From Desulfobacterales bacterium (lineage in GTDB: Bacteria; Desulfobacterota; Desulfobacteria; Desulfobacterales; UBA5852): a stretch of DNA of 64,000 nt. A program made the position numbers and the translations under genes. The stretch's first letter is position 1. Every line of letters begins with the position of its first letter. Positions 9,101 through 18,121 of this stretch are shown in pieces. The stretch is taken from assembly GCA_963674755.2 (NCBI GenBank), contig CAXXVS010000002.1, forward strand, positions 480,001 through 544,000. Reading direction: 5' to 3'. Under the pieces are notes generated by a model. It saw only the letters and a list, made by a program, of their open reading frames with translations. It was not told where the DNA came from and searched no databases.

Positions 9101-9536
9101 TTACAAGGACCTCGAGATCGATTATCTGGAAAATTACTGGCTCCAGGACAAAGATGTGCTGGGGGTCACCCATTTCGGCGATCTGGTGCCGGAGGTGCTG
9201 TGGCTGGGAGACGAACAGAACATCCGGGTGCAAAACCTGATCGCGACCCGCATTCGCTACAAGCTTGAAAAATGCCGCCAGCTCCAACCCGATCCGGTGT
9301 TGAAGGAACAGATTGTGGAGACCAAAACCATCCTGCGGGAGGAAATGGAGGCGGAGATCATTCGACGGCTGCAAGCCTTGCGCAAATACATGCGCAGCCC
9401 GGTGCGCGATCCCCACATCTCGTTGGAAGAGATTTTCCGCGACGGAGTCCGCAACCCGCGGCAGCGCCTGTCGGCCGTGGCTCAGCTGGTGCGCAACGGA
9501 CTCAACCGGTTTCGTCGGGAGTGCCGTCCGGAATAG
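6117..9536 (+). CDS. Double-AAA+ ATPase (Cdc48/p97-like D1-D2) fused to a C-terminal Lon S16 protease domain
   Basis: Walker A GVSGSGKS and GPPGGGKT; D2 Walker B IFFDEGDALAPKR; SRH TTNRLDILDPALIR; GGPSAG...TG...IGGHKKK Lon catalytic region; start overlaps the SPFH stop. Confidence 0.85.
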   Translation: MMARRVTRQVKYVRLPEKRIREIDALVSSWPYETRAFMRARLNQYKPRTGFLNFLMDRFLFLAVGVHDKSFEIINDPEVITDWQMRFEISGQRNPQDAWNKILDKEISARDHLYLLSLLDRELRDIHVPYELQSLFEKIYRAHLRKEYLSDPEVPKSPLVLVVGVSGSGKSATVERVIEDVIFANEILPEIDLQQKKEVILADLPFWKTIEEVDPTLAFEISRRNQTRFYQGLSKIPLIRWLFKKRIALNLTELGEQGIPVDYAIVTPNEYQTALAGEPGNYFRKAMGDPKKTAIRHIEEAHSAFGKASEEQSGPQRQQRTLVDAANIILDEIASGRRDCVLVATTDQPERIDGAIYRRFVEKGAIIDLGDYWQNKANLAEVVRIELQRNDIHLIGPENALPRRQVDTLQAVDLDQAVEGIYRLFRERSLTLTPAYVRKLVHSIIQIRHTFDAAFLDDADLVRQAFELVAKNTYGDLYKRVVDHMDRRVKWEEYIGDIKYVFSEMANNCLQYGLSEEKGVVLNGPPGGGKTFLVRTWLSENSAIHDIATSASALQDPINPVEGAVDNMEKVYDIAKMIAPTVIFFDEGDALAPKRSSTGGSPQDKLTNKFLSLIDGEIPLNQVFTVLTTNRLDILDPALIRSKRLKVLEVTGHLRKSDIAAIVAASLGDVPLEAGLDLSAVVEAAQNICNTPADYTAFVEKARSLRSTEYEIILRLRKIPAMSEKDNRNFIKFNLKTLLGMLNALQAPAEMINQVREHPGQFIQQHRMVLDLIAGVENEIQYPLRRAHLESARSEISQSPVKKGKVQLDEFLEGELSEEPQVGFIVGVGANDVTGVLLPIATSLNYKMAPDKVLVTGAVSTSAPGAAELDMSVKMTQQSAQEALTLVKNYLQHLQPKISIPRLFGEFLDHYTIHHQLLTASYNVGGPSAGYALALNTLSALLMIPVLNDFGVTGAPWTRGAKKGEIGGSVIIGGHKKKTEKVLLHLRRMYMPLQNYKDLEIDYLENYWLQDKDVLGVTHFGDLVPEVLWLGDEQNIRVQNLIATRIRYKLEKCRQLQPDPVLKEQIVETKTILREEMEAEIIRRLQALRKYMRSPVRDPHISLEEIFRDGVRNPRQRLSAVAQLVRNGLNRFRRECRPE

Positions 9537-9705
9537 GGACGGCCATTCAGTCGCCTTTCAACCGTTTCTCCCGCCAAGCATCGTCGGCGGTGCGGTTGAC
9601 AGACGATCCCCCTATCCGATACAGCTCATGGCGTTGTGCCGATCGGGCTGCGGTGCCCCGGCCGGCCGTTGCCCATACCCCATTACCTCCCGAAAGGACG
9701 ATGCC

Positions 9706-10179
9706 ATGCCTGCCGAAGCATTCCAGGACAGCTACCCCGATGACCTCAGCCATTGCTACGGATGCGGCCGTCTCAATCCCCACGGACTCCAGATCAAAAG
9801 CACCTGGGAGGGGGAGGAAGCGGTTTGCCGATATACGCCCAAGTCCTACCATACCGCCATACCGGGGTACGTGTACGGCGGTCTGATCGCCTCCTTGATC
9901 GACTGCCACAGCACCGGGACCGCTTCCGCCGCGGCCCGCCGCGCCGCTGGTGATGACGCTGACGCCCAGGAGGCGTTCCGTTTCCTCACCGCCTCGCTGC
10001 ATGTCAACTACCTCAAACCCACCCCGATCGATGCGGTTCTGGAAGTCCGCGCCCAGATCAAAGAGATCAAGGGCCGCAAGGTGGTGATTGCCTCGCGGCT
10101 GATGGCGGGCGGGCAGGTTTGCGCCACCGGGGAAGTGGTTGCCGTTCAGGTGCCGGAACATCTTATGCCCGGTCGTTAG
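9706..10179 (+). CDS. PaaI-family hotdog thioesterase
   Basis: CYGCG, YGGLIASLIDCH, TASLHVNYLKPTP; AAAGGA RBS. Confidence 0.85.
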   Translation: MPAEAFQDSYPDDLSHCYGCGRLNPHGLQIKSTWEGEEAVCRYTPKSYHTAIPGYVYGGLIASLIDCHSTGTASAAARRAAGDDADAQEAFRFLTASLHVNYLKPTPIDAVLEVRAQIKEIKGRKVVIASRLMAGGQVCATGEVVAVQVPEHLMPGR

Positions 10180-10270
10180 CGGCCGGCCGCGGTGGCACCT
10201 TGCGACTGCAGCCGCCGTTATGACGCCGTGGGATGGCGGTGTGCGTGCCATCCGAGGGGAGACTTTGCGG

Positions 10271-10867
10271 ATGGCAGATTGGACGATCCCCCAGGGACAG
10301 AGCGGAACGCCGTCGTCGGAACATCTGCCGCAAAGTCCTTCCATCCGTGCCCTGGCGCTCGGCGCTGTTGTGAGCCTTGTGGTTTTGCTGGGGATGGTTT
10401 CGCTGGACCAGGCCCTCCGGACGCCGGCCGCGCCAAACGGGATTGTCTCCCTCGAACTGGCAGGGTCCCTGGCCGCGGCCCGGCATATCTTGGATTCATG
10501 GCCGGCGGTTGCACGGATTCAGGCCGGTCTCAGCCTGGGTCTGGACTTTTCCTTCCTGGCGGCCTATGCCTTTACGCTGGCCGGCGCCTGCCGCAAAGTG
10601 GCATCTTATCTCCCGCCGGAGCGCATGTGGTGCCGACCCATGGGGGGCGTCCTGGCCAAAGCGGCCTGGGTGACCGGATGTCTGGATGTGGTCGAAAACC
10701 TGGCCCTCATTGAGTTTCTGATCGGCCCGCATCTGGCCTGGCCGCCTGTTCTGGCGGCGTGCTGCGCCTGGCCGAAATTCGGCCTCGCGGCCGTCATTCT
10801 GCTTTATATCGGCCTTGGCGGGGCAATGATCACGGTCCGGCGGTGGCGAACGCCCACTTCCGCGTGA
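10271..10867 (+). CDS. Hypothetical membrane protein (4 TM)
   Basis: Hydrophobic segments; GIVSLELAG and LDVVEN motifs; start uncertain. Confidence 0.65.
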   Translation: MADWTIPQGQSGTPSSEHLPQSPSIRALALGAVVSLVVLLGMVSLDQALRTPAAPNGIVSLELAGSLAAARHILDSWPAVARIQAGLSLGLDFSFLAAYAFTLAGACRKVASYLPPERMWCRPMGGVLAKAAWVTGCLDVVENLALIEFLIGPHLAWPPVLAACCAWPKFGLAAVILLYIGLGGAMITVRRWRTPTSA

Positions 10868-10935
10868 GCACCGGTGCCTTCGGGTGATGGACGCAATGTC
10901 CGGTCGTGGCCCAGCGCGCATTACGAGGTAGAACC

Positions 10936-11484
10936 ATGCGACTTGATATCAAAGACGTGACCGCCGGAGGCGTTCGGATAAGGGCGGACCTCGACCCGGA
11001 GCAGTTGAAGGATCTTGACGCCCTTCTATCCGGCCAGAGCTGCACCTTCCAGGGGGCACTGGCCGTAACGTTGCAGGTCACACCGACAGCAGACATGTTC
11101 CAGGTGACGGGGCGTGTCAATGGAGCCGCTGTTCTGGCCTGCAGCCGCTGCCTGGCGCCGGTCCAATGGCCCTTAAACGCCGATTTCACCCTAACCTTCA
11201 CCCGTCGCCTGCCCGGCGATGCCTTGGACGAGCCGCCGGAATCCCGCGAGCTCGAGGCGGAGGAATTGGGGGTGGTGCTGTTCGAAGGCGATGCGATCGA
11301 TTTCCGGGATGCTATCCAGGAGCAGGTGATCATGGCCCTGCCCATGCAACCCCTCTGCCGGAAAGACTGCCAGGGCTTGTGCACCCAATGCGGAGCCAAC
11401 CTGAATGACGGGCCGTGCCGTTGCTCCGGGAAGGATGTCGATCCGCGTCTGGCCGTTTTAAAAAACCTTAAACTGGATGGATAA
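10936..11484 (+). CDS. YceD/DUF177 family metal-binding protein
   Basis: CSRCL and LPMQPLCRKDCQGLCTQCGANLN...DPRLAVLK. Confidence 0.9.
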   Translation: MRLDIKDVTAGGVRIRADLDPEQLKDLDALLSGQSCTFQGALAVTLQVTPTADMFQVTGRVNGAAVLACSRCLAPVQWPLNADFTLTFTRRLPGDALDEPPESRELEAEELGVVLFEGDAIDFRDAIQEQVIMALPMQPLCRKDCQGLCTQCGANLNDGPCRCSGKDVDPRLAVLKNLKLDG

Positions 11485-11648
11485 GGCCCCGCTACCGCCC
11501 CCGGCGTTGTATCGGGGTTGAATTGACAACCGCCCTCCAATTGAGCTATCGACCATAATCCCATAGGGGCTACGCCTTGTTGCCGCCGTCCAGGAGAAAA
11601 ATGGCCGGCGGTGGCCCTCAGCCTGTCGATTTAAAGGATCCCTGCGTC

Positions 11649-12689
11649 ATGCAACCATCCGCAAGCACGCCTCCGATGACTGTCCGCCCCCCGGCGGCGC
11701 GTTGTCGGCTTGTCTTCGAAGGCCTGACCGATCCGCGTCTGCCGCGTGAGATCGTGCTGGAGCGCTTGCGCCGTCTTCTCAAGGATGCACCGGATGTTTT
11801 TGAGCGCCGCCTGGCGCGGCTGCCGTTGGTGTTGTTGCCGGACAGCGATTCGACGACGGCCCGGCGGTACCAACGGCTGCTTGCGCAAAAGGGGGTTCTT
11901 TGCCGAATCGTGACGCTGGATGCCGGCCAAACCGGAGCGCGACCGGCCCCGGCCACGGGGGAGGGGAGCGTTGCCTCGCTTGCCATCGCTGGCGACGGGC
12001 AGGCACTGCTTGACGTCCCGTTGGGTCGGATCACCGCGCGGCGGCCCGGTTTTAAGAACGACGTGCGGCCGATCATTAACCTCGGGGCCGCTTTGTGCTT
12101 CAATCCGCGCGGTGTGATCGGTCGGGTCGAATCGGGAGTACCTTACGGCGCGGCCCTGATCCTGGCAGCGGGTGTCGGGCTGATGCAGGGGAGCACGGCG
12201 GTGTTGGCAGAGCACCCGGCCGGCGCGGCGGCGATGCTGCTGACCGTCCTGGCCATTCTGACCATCGCTCCGGCCCTGGGCATCCTGTTCGTCTATGTGC
12301 GCGGGTTTTTGCTCCATGCCGCGGGTCGTCTCTTAAAAGGCCGGGCCACGCCCCGCGAGCTGCGGGTGGCCTTGGCCTGGTCCGAGATTCCGCTTTTGTT
12401 GGGAGGGCTGATTGCGCTGCTGCAATTTGTAATGGGACGCTTGGGCGGCGCCGCCCTGGTCCGGACGGCGGATCCCGGGCTGCCGGTGTTGCTCAGTCGG
12501 GCCGGCTTCGGTGTGCTGCAGGCCGCGCTTGGGTTTTGGGCCTTGACCCTGCTGCTGCATACCCTGGCCGAGATCCAGGGGTTCAGCCTTTACCGTGCTT
12601 TCGCCAATATCGTCCTCGCAGCCACCGTGGTGCTGGTCCCGCTGGCGGTATTGGGTGGCGCGCTGATCGGCGCGGGGCTTGTGCCTTAG
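11649..12689 (+). CDS. Yip1-domain membrane protein with small N-terminal alpha/beta domain
   Basis: C-terminal 5 TM helices with LKGRAT..LRVALAWSEIP and LAEIQGFS; start uncertain. Confidence 0.6.
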   Translation: MQPSASTPPMTVRPPAARCRLVFEGLTDPRLPREIVLERLRRLLKDAPDVFERRLARLPLVLLPDSDSTTARRYQRLLAQKGVLCRIVTLDAGQTGARPAPATGEGSVASLAIAGDGQALLDVPLGRITARRPGFKNDVRPIINLGAALCFNPRGVIGRVESGVPYGAALILAAGVGLMQGSTAVLAEHPAGAAAMLLTVLAILTIAPALGILFVYVRGFLLHAAGRLLKGRATPRELRVALAWSEIPLLLGGLIALLQFVMGRLGGAALVRTADPGLPVLLSRAGFGVLQAALGFWALTLLLHTLAEIQGFSLYRAFANIVLAATVVLVPLAVLGGALIGAGLVP

Positions 12690-12780
12690 GGTAGACCTCA
12701 GCGAATGGATGCCGCGCCTCGTGTTTTAAACGCCCGTTGCCCAAACCCACAACCGTCATGTTGGCAGAAAAGGAGACGCA

Positions 12781-13722
12781 ATGGATCGCTTAAGCCGTCG
12801 TCAATTTATCGGCAATTTGACCTGGCTGACCATCACCTCCCTGGCGTGGCCCCTGACGGCGCGGCCGGATTCCTGCGGTGCAGTGGCCCATCCCCTGGCG
12901 CCGCCGGATGCGGGCCTATACGGGCGGTGTCCCGCCTGCGGGATGACGCAAGCTATGTGGGCGCGCACCTGGAAGACCTTTCGCCTGGACGACCGTCGGC
13001 GTGACGCTTGTTCCTTCCACTGCCTGGCGGAAATGGCGCTCAAGAGCGGCCAGCCGTTGCAGGATGTCCAAACCGCCCTGTTTCTGCAGCCCCGCGGCAT
13101 GCTGCCGGCCGAAGCGGCCTGGTATGTGGTGGGGTCTTCGGCCCGTGGGACCATGACACAGGTCAGCAAGGCCGCCTTTCTGAGCCGCTCCGCCGCCCTT
13201 GATTTCGCAGCCCAATGCGGTGGCGAGGTCAGGGACTATGCGGCCACGTACCGACTGGCCCAGGGCAGCCTGGCCAGAGAAATCGCCATGATCGATAAAA
13301 AGCGGCTGGCCGGGAAGAAGATTGTTTCTCCGGTGGATCTAAAAGACGAATGCACCGTCTGCCGCATGTACCCGTCGCGCTATCCCCGGTATCGCAGCCA
13401 GGTTTCCGGCCCTGCCGGACACATCGATCATTTCTGTTCAACCCACTGTCTGTTCATATGGCTGGGCGATACCAATCACGATGCCTTGGCCGAAGGGTCA
13501 GCCGCCATGGTCTGGGTCACCGACTTCGCCTCCGGGCGCTGGATCAGCGGGCGAACGGCCTATTATGTCGTGGGTTCGCGATCCCTGGGGCCCATGGGAG
13601 CGGAAGCCATTGCTTTCGACCGCAAGGCCCGGGCCCGCGAATTTGCCCATGCCCATGGGGGACAGGTTTTGGAATTCCATCAGGTCGAGACCGGTGCTTC
13701 GGCCTGGATGCCGTTGTCCTGA
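12781..13722 (+). CDS. Tat-exported tandem NosL-domain (copper chaperone-like) protein
   Basis: SRRQFI Tat motif; two repeats CxxCxM...(C)SxHC...YVVGS...GxM. Confidence 0.8.
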   Translation: MDRLSRRQFIGNLTWLTITSLAWPLTARPDSCGAVAHPLAPPDAGLYGRCPACGMTQAMWARTWKTFRLDDRRRDACSFHCLAEMALKSGQPLQDVQTALFLQPRGMLPAEAAWYVVGSSARGTMTQVSKAAFLSRSAALDFAAQCGGEVRDYAATYRLAQGSLAREIAMIDKKRLAGKKIVSPVDLKDECTVCRMYPSRYPRYRSQVSGPAGHIDHFCSTHCLFIWLGDTNHDALAEGSAAMVWVTDFASGRWISGRTAYYVVGSRSLGPMGAEAIAFDRKARAREFAHAHGGQVLEFHQVETGASAWMPLS

Positions 13723-13965
13723 AAGCGCCTGCTCCCGAAAGTGGCCGGCCATCCGGCTTCCCGGTGTTTTTGCTGGTGAGCAGCGGCTTGACAAAATCAC
13801 CCCCAAGGCGCATAGGAAAATACAGGCCCAATTGTTCACAGATGCGTATCCCGGCACGCGGACCCGTTGCCGCTATGGGCGGCCCCGATAACCGGGCTGC
13901 TTGTGTCAAGCGATCCCTTGAAATGGCGCCAGACCGTATCCCCGATGGCGCCAGGAGGTGCTGTC

Positions 13966-14295
13966 ATGACAACCAAGCAAGATCAGAGACGCACCCCACG
14001 TATTGTCTGCGAATCTCCCATCGTCTGCTCCAGTCTCAACGGCCAAACCCTTTATTCCGCCCGAACCCTCAACTGCTGCGAAAGCGGACTGAGCTTCATC
14101 ACCCAGACGCCTTTGAAAGCCGGTATGACGATTTTCTTCCGCGCCGACACCCGCACCCAGAAACGCCTCGCCAGTCCATCCTCTAACACCATACGCGGCA
14201 CGGGGCTGGCCCAAATCCGCTGGTGTCGCCGTCTGCGCAGCAAGGCGTCGGCCAGCTACCGGGTCGGCGCCGAATATATGGAACCTTACCCCTGA
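13966..14295 (+). CDS. PilZ domain protein
   Basis: RRTPR and NCCESG (RxxxR / NxSxxG variant), IRWCRR...YRVGAEY; AGGAGG RBS. Confidence 0.85.
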   Translation: MTTKQDQRRTPRIVCESPIVCSSLNGQTLYSARTLNCCESGLSFITQTPLKAGMTIFFRADTRTQKRLASPSSNTIRGTGLAQIRWCRRLRSKASASYRVGAEYMEPYP

Positions 14296-14307
14296 CACGC
14301 CAAATCC

Positions 14308-15579
14308 ATGATCCGATTCGACGCGCTGCCCTATACCAACGCCCCCCTGCCCACCCATTGCCCTGTTACCGGATTACCGATCTACGGCCACTCCAGCTGG
14401 ACCTATAGCAGTCCCGGCGGCAGCTACCGTTTGCGGGTGAGCTTCATCGGCGACCGGATCGTTTGGTTGCAGCCCACGGGCTATGTCCGTTTAGCGTACG
14501 CCCAGGCGGGAATGGCGCTCCTGGAAGACGTGCTTTTTTCCATGCTGCCCAAAGCGTCGCCGTTTATTGCCATCGACGATTACTCGGCCATCAGCGGGGC
14601 CACCCTCAACGCCCGGCGGTTCGTCATTCAGACGCTGCGTCAGGAACGACGCATGCGAAGCTATATCGTCTACGGCGCACCACCTGTATTTCGCCTGGGG
14701 CTCGGTTTGAGCCGGCGGTTCAGGCTCTTTCCCTTCGAAGCCGTGATCGCCCGTAATTATGATGAAGCGGTCACGGCCGCGCATGTCCGCCTATACCGGG
14801 CGGAAAACCATTCCGAGGAAAGATCTAACGCGTCCCGCTCCGCCGCTGATGGCGAAATCGATGGTGCCGGCCTGGCAACCGATAACGCCGGGGACCCGCT
14901 GGCCCCCTATGCAGATGAACTGCTGGACATCGTGGGCAGCATCACCTTGGAGCCTTACGGGATGGTGCCGGTCTCACGAACGGTGCCTCTGGATCACCCT
15001 TTGCGTCCGGTTTACGACGCTCTGGGGTTGCTCCGGGAAGACATGCAAGCTATTCTCCGAGGTCATCGTGAAGCCCGCGCCAAGGTCGAGGGACGCGAAA
15101 AAGAGCTGATGGAAAAGCAGATCCTGCTCAACGAGACCCATACGACCCTCAATGTCTTGGTCCACACCCGGCAAGAGGAACGTCGGCGGTTTGAAGCGCG
15201 GATCAAAGACCGTTTTCAGACCTTGCTGCAGCCGCTCCTGGAGGGCTTTGAAAGCACCGTCATGACCCCCCGCCAACGCGAGCTGGTCCAGTTGCTCCGT
15301 CAAATGTTGCGCCATATCGGCGTCTGTCTGGCAAGCGAGGAACATGTTGTGCGAAAGGCGTTCACATCCCGGGAGCGCTTGATCGCCTATCTGCTGATCC
15401 TGGGGAAGAGCCCGCACGCGATCGCCCGCCTTTTAGAATGCTCGCCCCGCACCGTCGCGAACCATTGCCAGCGGATGCGCGCTAAGATCGGACTGGCCGG
15501 GCGCGTTCCCACGCTGCAGGACTGGCTGAGCGGGCAGGTTTCCACCGAACTTGAGCAAGCGGGGCGAGGGCGCCCATGA
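14308..15579 (+). CDS. LuxR-type HTH regulator with uncharacterised N-terminal sensor domain
   Basis: C-terminal FTSRERLIA...IARLLECSPRTVANH; N-terminal CPVTGLPI domain; coiled-coil linker. Confidence 0.8.
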   Translation: MIRFDALPYTNAPLPTHCPVTGLPIYGHSSWTYSSPGGSYRLRVSFIGDRIVWLQPTGYVRLAYAQAGMALLEDVLFSMLPKASPFIAIDDYSAISGATLNARRFVIQTLRQERRMRSYIVYGAPPVFRLGLGLSRRFRLFPFEAVIARNYDEAVTAAHVRLYRAENHSEERSNASRSAADGEIDGAGLATDNAGDPLAPYADELLDIVGSITLEPYGMVPVSRTVPLDHPLRPVYDALGLLREDMQAILRGHREARAKVEGREKELMEKQILLNETHTTLNVLVHTRQEERRRFEARIKDRFQTLLQPLLEGFESTVMTPRQRELVQLLRQMLRHIGVCLASEEHVVRKAFTSRERLIAYLLILGKSPHAIARLLECSPRTVANHCQRMRAKIGLAGRVPTLQDWLSGQVSTELEQAGRGRP

Positions 15580-16835
15580 GCCGTGCAGGCCGTTCCGTCA
15601 TTTCCGCTGATCCCGAAAGCTTCCCCTCCCGATGCCCTTTCTCCGGTCTCCCCATCGATACCCGGAAAGAATGGCAGTTCACCAATGCCGCCCAAACCTA
15701 TCGGACCGCCATCGCCCTGATCGGCAAGCTTATCTTCTGGGTGGTCCCCCGGGGCTACGTCACGGAGAATGACATGCAGCAGGCCATCCGGATGGCCGCC
15801 GGCATCAAGGCCGAGGTTCGTCCCGGCAATGCCCCGTTCGTCTTTATCGAGGATTTCCGCCATGTGAAAGGGGGCACCGCCGCCGCCCGCCGCCTCTATC
15901 TCGAGTTTACCAATTCCCTGGACGGGCTCTTGGGCTCCTTCCATTACGGCCTGCCGCCCTTTTTCCGCCTTAGTTTCAACCTCTCCCGCAGACTGCACCT
16001 GCATCGCTACCGGGTGCGGATGGTCCCGCGTTACGAAGACGCCGTCCATTCCGCCCTGGCGCTTTTAAAAGAGAATGGCCTGGCCATTCCGTCGGCAGCT
16101 TTCCCGCTGCGCCTTTTGCCTGAGGAAAAGGGGCCAGGGGAGGCCGGCCGGCCGGCCTTGCCGCCGCTGAGCGCTGCGTCTGACCACCTCTCCGCTCATG
16201 TGGACCTGCTCCTGGCCCATCTGGGTGAGCTCGATCTGGAACGCCCCGGAATCCCGGAGCCCCCCAGGGCGGCCCGGACCAGCGCCATGCAGCCTGTATA
16301 TGAAGCCCTTACGTTCCTCAAGTTGGATATGGACCAGTTTCTGGCGGAGCACCGCAGCCTCATGGACGCCCAGAGGGAACGCCATCAGAAGCTTCTCCAA
16401 AAAACGGCGGCCATCGAAGCCCGCAACCGGGAGCTGCAAGCCTTGCTGCAGAAAAGTGGGGAAGACCAGACCCGCTTGGGTGAGAACGCACGCTGCAACG
16501 TTCAAACGCTTTTGAAACCCCTGATCGCGATGATGGCCCGGGATGCCCGCAGCACGGAACAGCGGGAATGGATCGACGGCCTCAACGAGCGAATCGATGA
16601 TCTGGCCCACGACCTCCTTCCGCGTCTCGATTTAGGCAGCTATCGATTGACGCCCCGGGAAATTCGCATCGCGCGGATGATTCGGGATGGTGCCCGGTCG
16701 CAAACCATCGCCCGTCAACTGGGGCTGTCGATACGTACGGTGGAGTCCTTTCGCCGCCGGTTGCGGGATAAACTGGGCATCCGCGGCCAGCCGCGGAATT
16801 TGCGCACATTGCTGCTGACGATTCCGGACCACTGA
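15576..16835 (+). CDS. LuxR-type HTH regulator, tandem paralog of the preceding gene
   Basis: LTPREIRIA...IARQLGLSIRTVESFR; N-terminal CPFSGLPI; ATGA overlap. Confidence 0.82.
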   Translation: MSRAGRSVISADPESFPSRCPFSGLPIDTRKEWQFTNAAQTYRTAIALIGKLIFWVVPRGYVTENDMQQAIRMAAGIKAEVRPGNAPFVFIEDFRHVKGGTAAARRLYLEFTNSLDGLLGSFHYGLPPFFRLSFNLSRRLHLHRYRVRMVPRYEDAVHSALALLKENGLAIPSAAFPLRLLPEEKGPGEAGRPALPPLSAASDHLSAHVDLLLAHLGELDLERPGIPEPPRAARTSAMQPVYEALTFLKLDMDQFLAEHRSLMDAQRERHQKLLQKTAAIEARNRELQALLQKSGEDQTRLGENARCNVQTLLKPLIAMMARDARSTEQREWIDGLNERIDDLAHDLLPRLDLGSYRLTPREIRIARMIRDGARSQTIARQLGLSIRTVESFRRRLRDKLGIRGQPRNLRTLLLTIPDH

Positions 16836-16989
16836 CGTCCGCTTGAAAATCTGTTATAAAGACCTGGCACGGGTATTTCTTGACCCGTCGCCACCCGGCT
16901 GTGTTATCCATGGCCGCGGTCGGGCGGCGGACGTTTGGTAAGGGCGTCCGCGGGTGCTGGAAAAGATTTGGTTACGGTGTGTGACGATC

Positions 16990-18108
16990 ATGACAATCCA
17001 ACTTTCGGTTCCTTTTTTGCCGGATTTCGCCTACACGGAGTTCCTGGCGGCACGCCGCCCTTTTCTTCATTCGGTCTATTTCAGCCTGTTCACCACACCG
17101 GCGGCCGATGCCCGCTACCGACTGGGCCCCTGGCAAGGTGGGGATCTGCGGCGCTATCTGCCTCGGCTCGGGGATATCCCCCGATACGCGTTGCTCAACA
17201 GCCGTTTTTATCATCCGGAACATTACTTCGATACCGGGTTTCAGGACCGTCTCCTCGAACGCCTGGAGGAATTGGCGGCCGCCGGTTTGCTGAACGGGTT
17301 TGTTTTCGCGGATTTTTACCTGCTCAAGGCCTTGGGGCGCCGCGGCCCTTCGGCGGTCAAACTTCTGGAAGCGGTTCCCAGCGTCAATGCCCACATCGAC
17401 ACCCTCCGCAAACTGCGCATCTGTCTGGAGATGATTGCGGACAGCGGTTTCCGGCGGCCGCAGAAATTGATTCTGGACCGGGGCCTTAACCGGCGGCCGC
17501 AGGCCCTGGCCGACATGCTGGCGGCCATTCATGCGCACCATGCCCCGATGGACGTCGGGCTGCTGGCCAACGAGGGCTGCCTGCCGGACTGCCCTTACAA
17601 GCCGGCCCACGATGCCCACCTGGCCCTCGGCAACATGCAGCTGGCGCGTGAAAACACCTATGATCTCAACGTCGATCTGGGATGCCTGGAGGCGTTTCGC
17701 GCCCGTCCGGAGCGAATCTTTCCGTCACCTTTTATCCGGCCGGAGGACGTGGACCGGCTGGATGCGGGGATTTCATTCGTCAAGCTGGGCGGACGGACGC
17801 TAGGTCCCGCCTTTTTGCAGCGGGTGATCGATGCCTATGTCCGGCGCCGCTATCATGGCAACCTGCTGGACTTGCTGGATACCCTGGAAGCCCTGGCGCC
17901 CGTCTTACACGTGGCGAATGACGCCCTGTCCGCTGATTTCCACGACCGGATGTGCGCCTGCCCGGACAATTGCGGCACGTGCGGTTATTGCCGGGGGCTG
18001 GCCCGGAAAGCGGTGCGCCGGCAGCCCCTGCAGTTGCCTGATTGGCGTCCGCAAAAGGACGCCCGCTGCGGGTGCGGCGGGCCGCGGCAGACTTCTTCCA
18101 GGGGATAA
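16990..18108 (+). CDS. Peptidase U32-like Fe-S protein
   Basis: LLANEGCLPDCPY, FIRPED, VKLGGR, C-terminal CPDNCGTCGYC. Confidence 0.7.
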   Translation: MTIQLSVPFLPDFAYTEFLAARRPFLHSVYFSLFTTPAADARYRLGPWQGGDLRRYLPRLGDIPRYALLNSRFYHPEHYFDTGFQDRLLERLEELAAAGLLNGFVFADFYLLKALGRRGPSAVKLLEAVPSVNAHIDTLRKLRICLEMIADSGFRRPQKLILDRGLNRRPQALADMLAAIHAHHAPMDVGLLANEGCLPDCPYKPAHDAHLALGNMQLARENTYDLNVDLGCLEAFRARPERIFPSPFIRPEDVDRLDAGISFVKLGGRTLGPAFLQRVIDAYVRRRYHGNLLDLLDTLEALAPVLHVANDALSADFHDRMCACPDNCGTCGYCRGLARKAVRRQPLQLPDWRPQKDARCGCGGPRQTSSRG

Positions 18109-18121
18109 AAGGATTCATGCC

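Noticed and set aside
10936..11484. yceD not followed by rpmF
   Set aside because: Probably a paralog or simple rearrangement; no further signal
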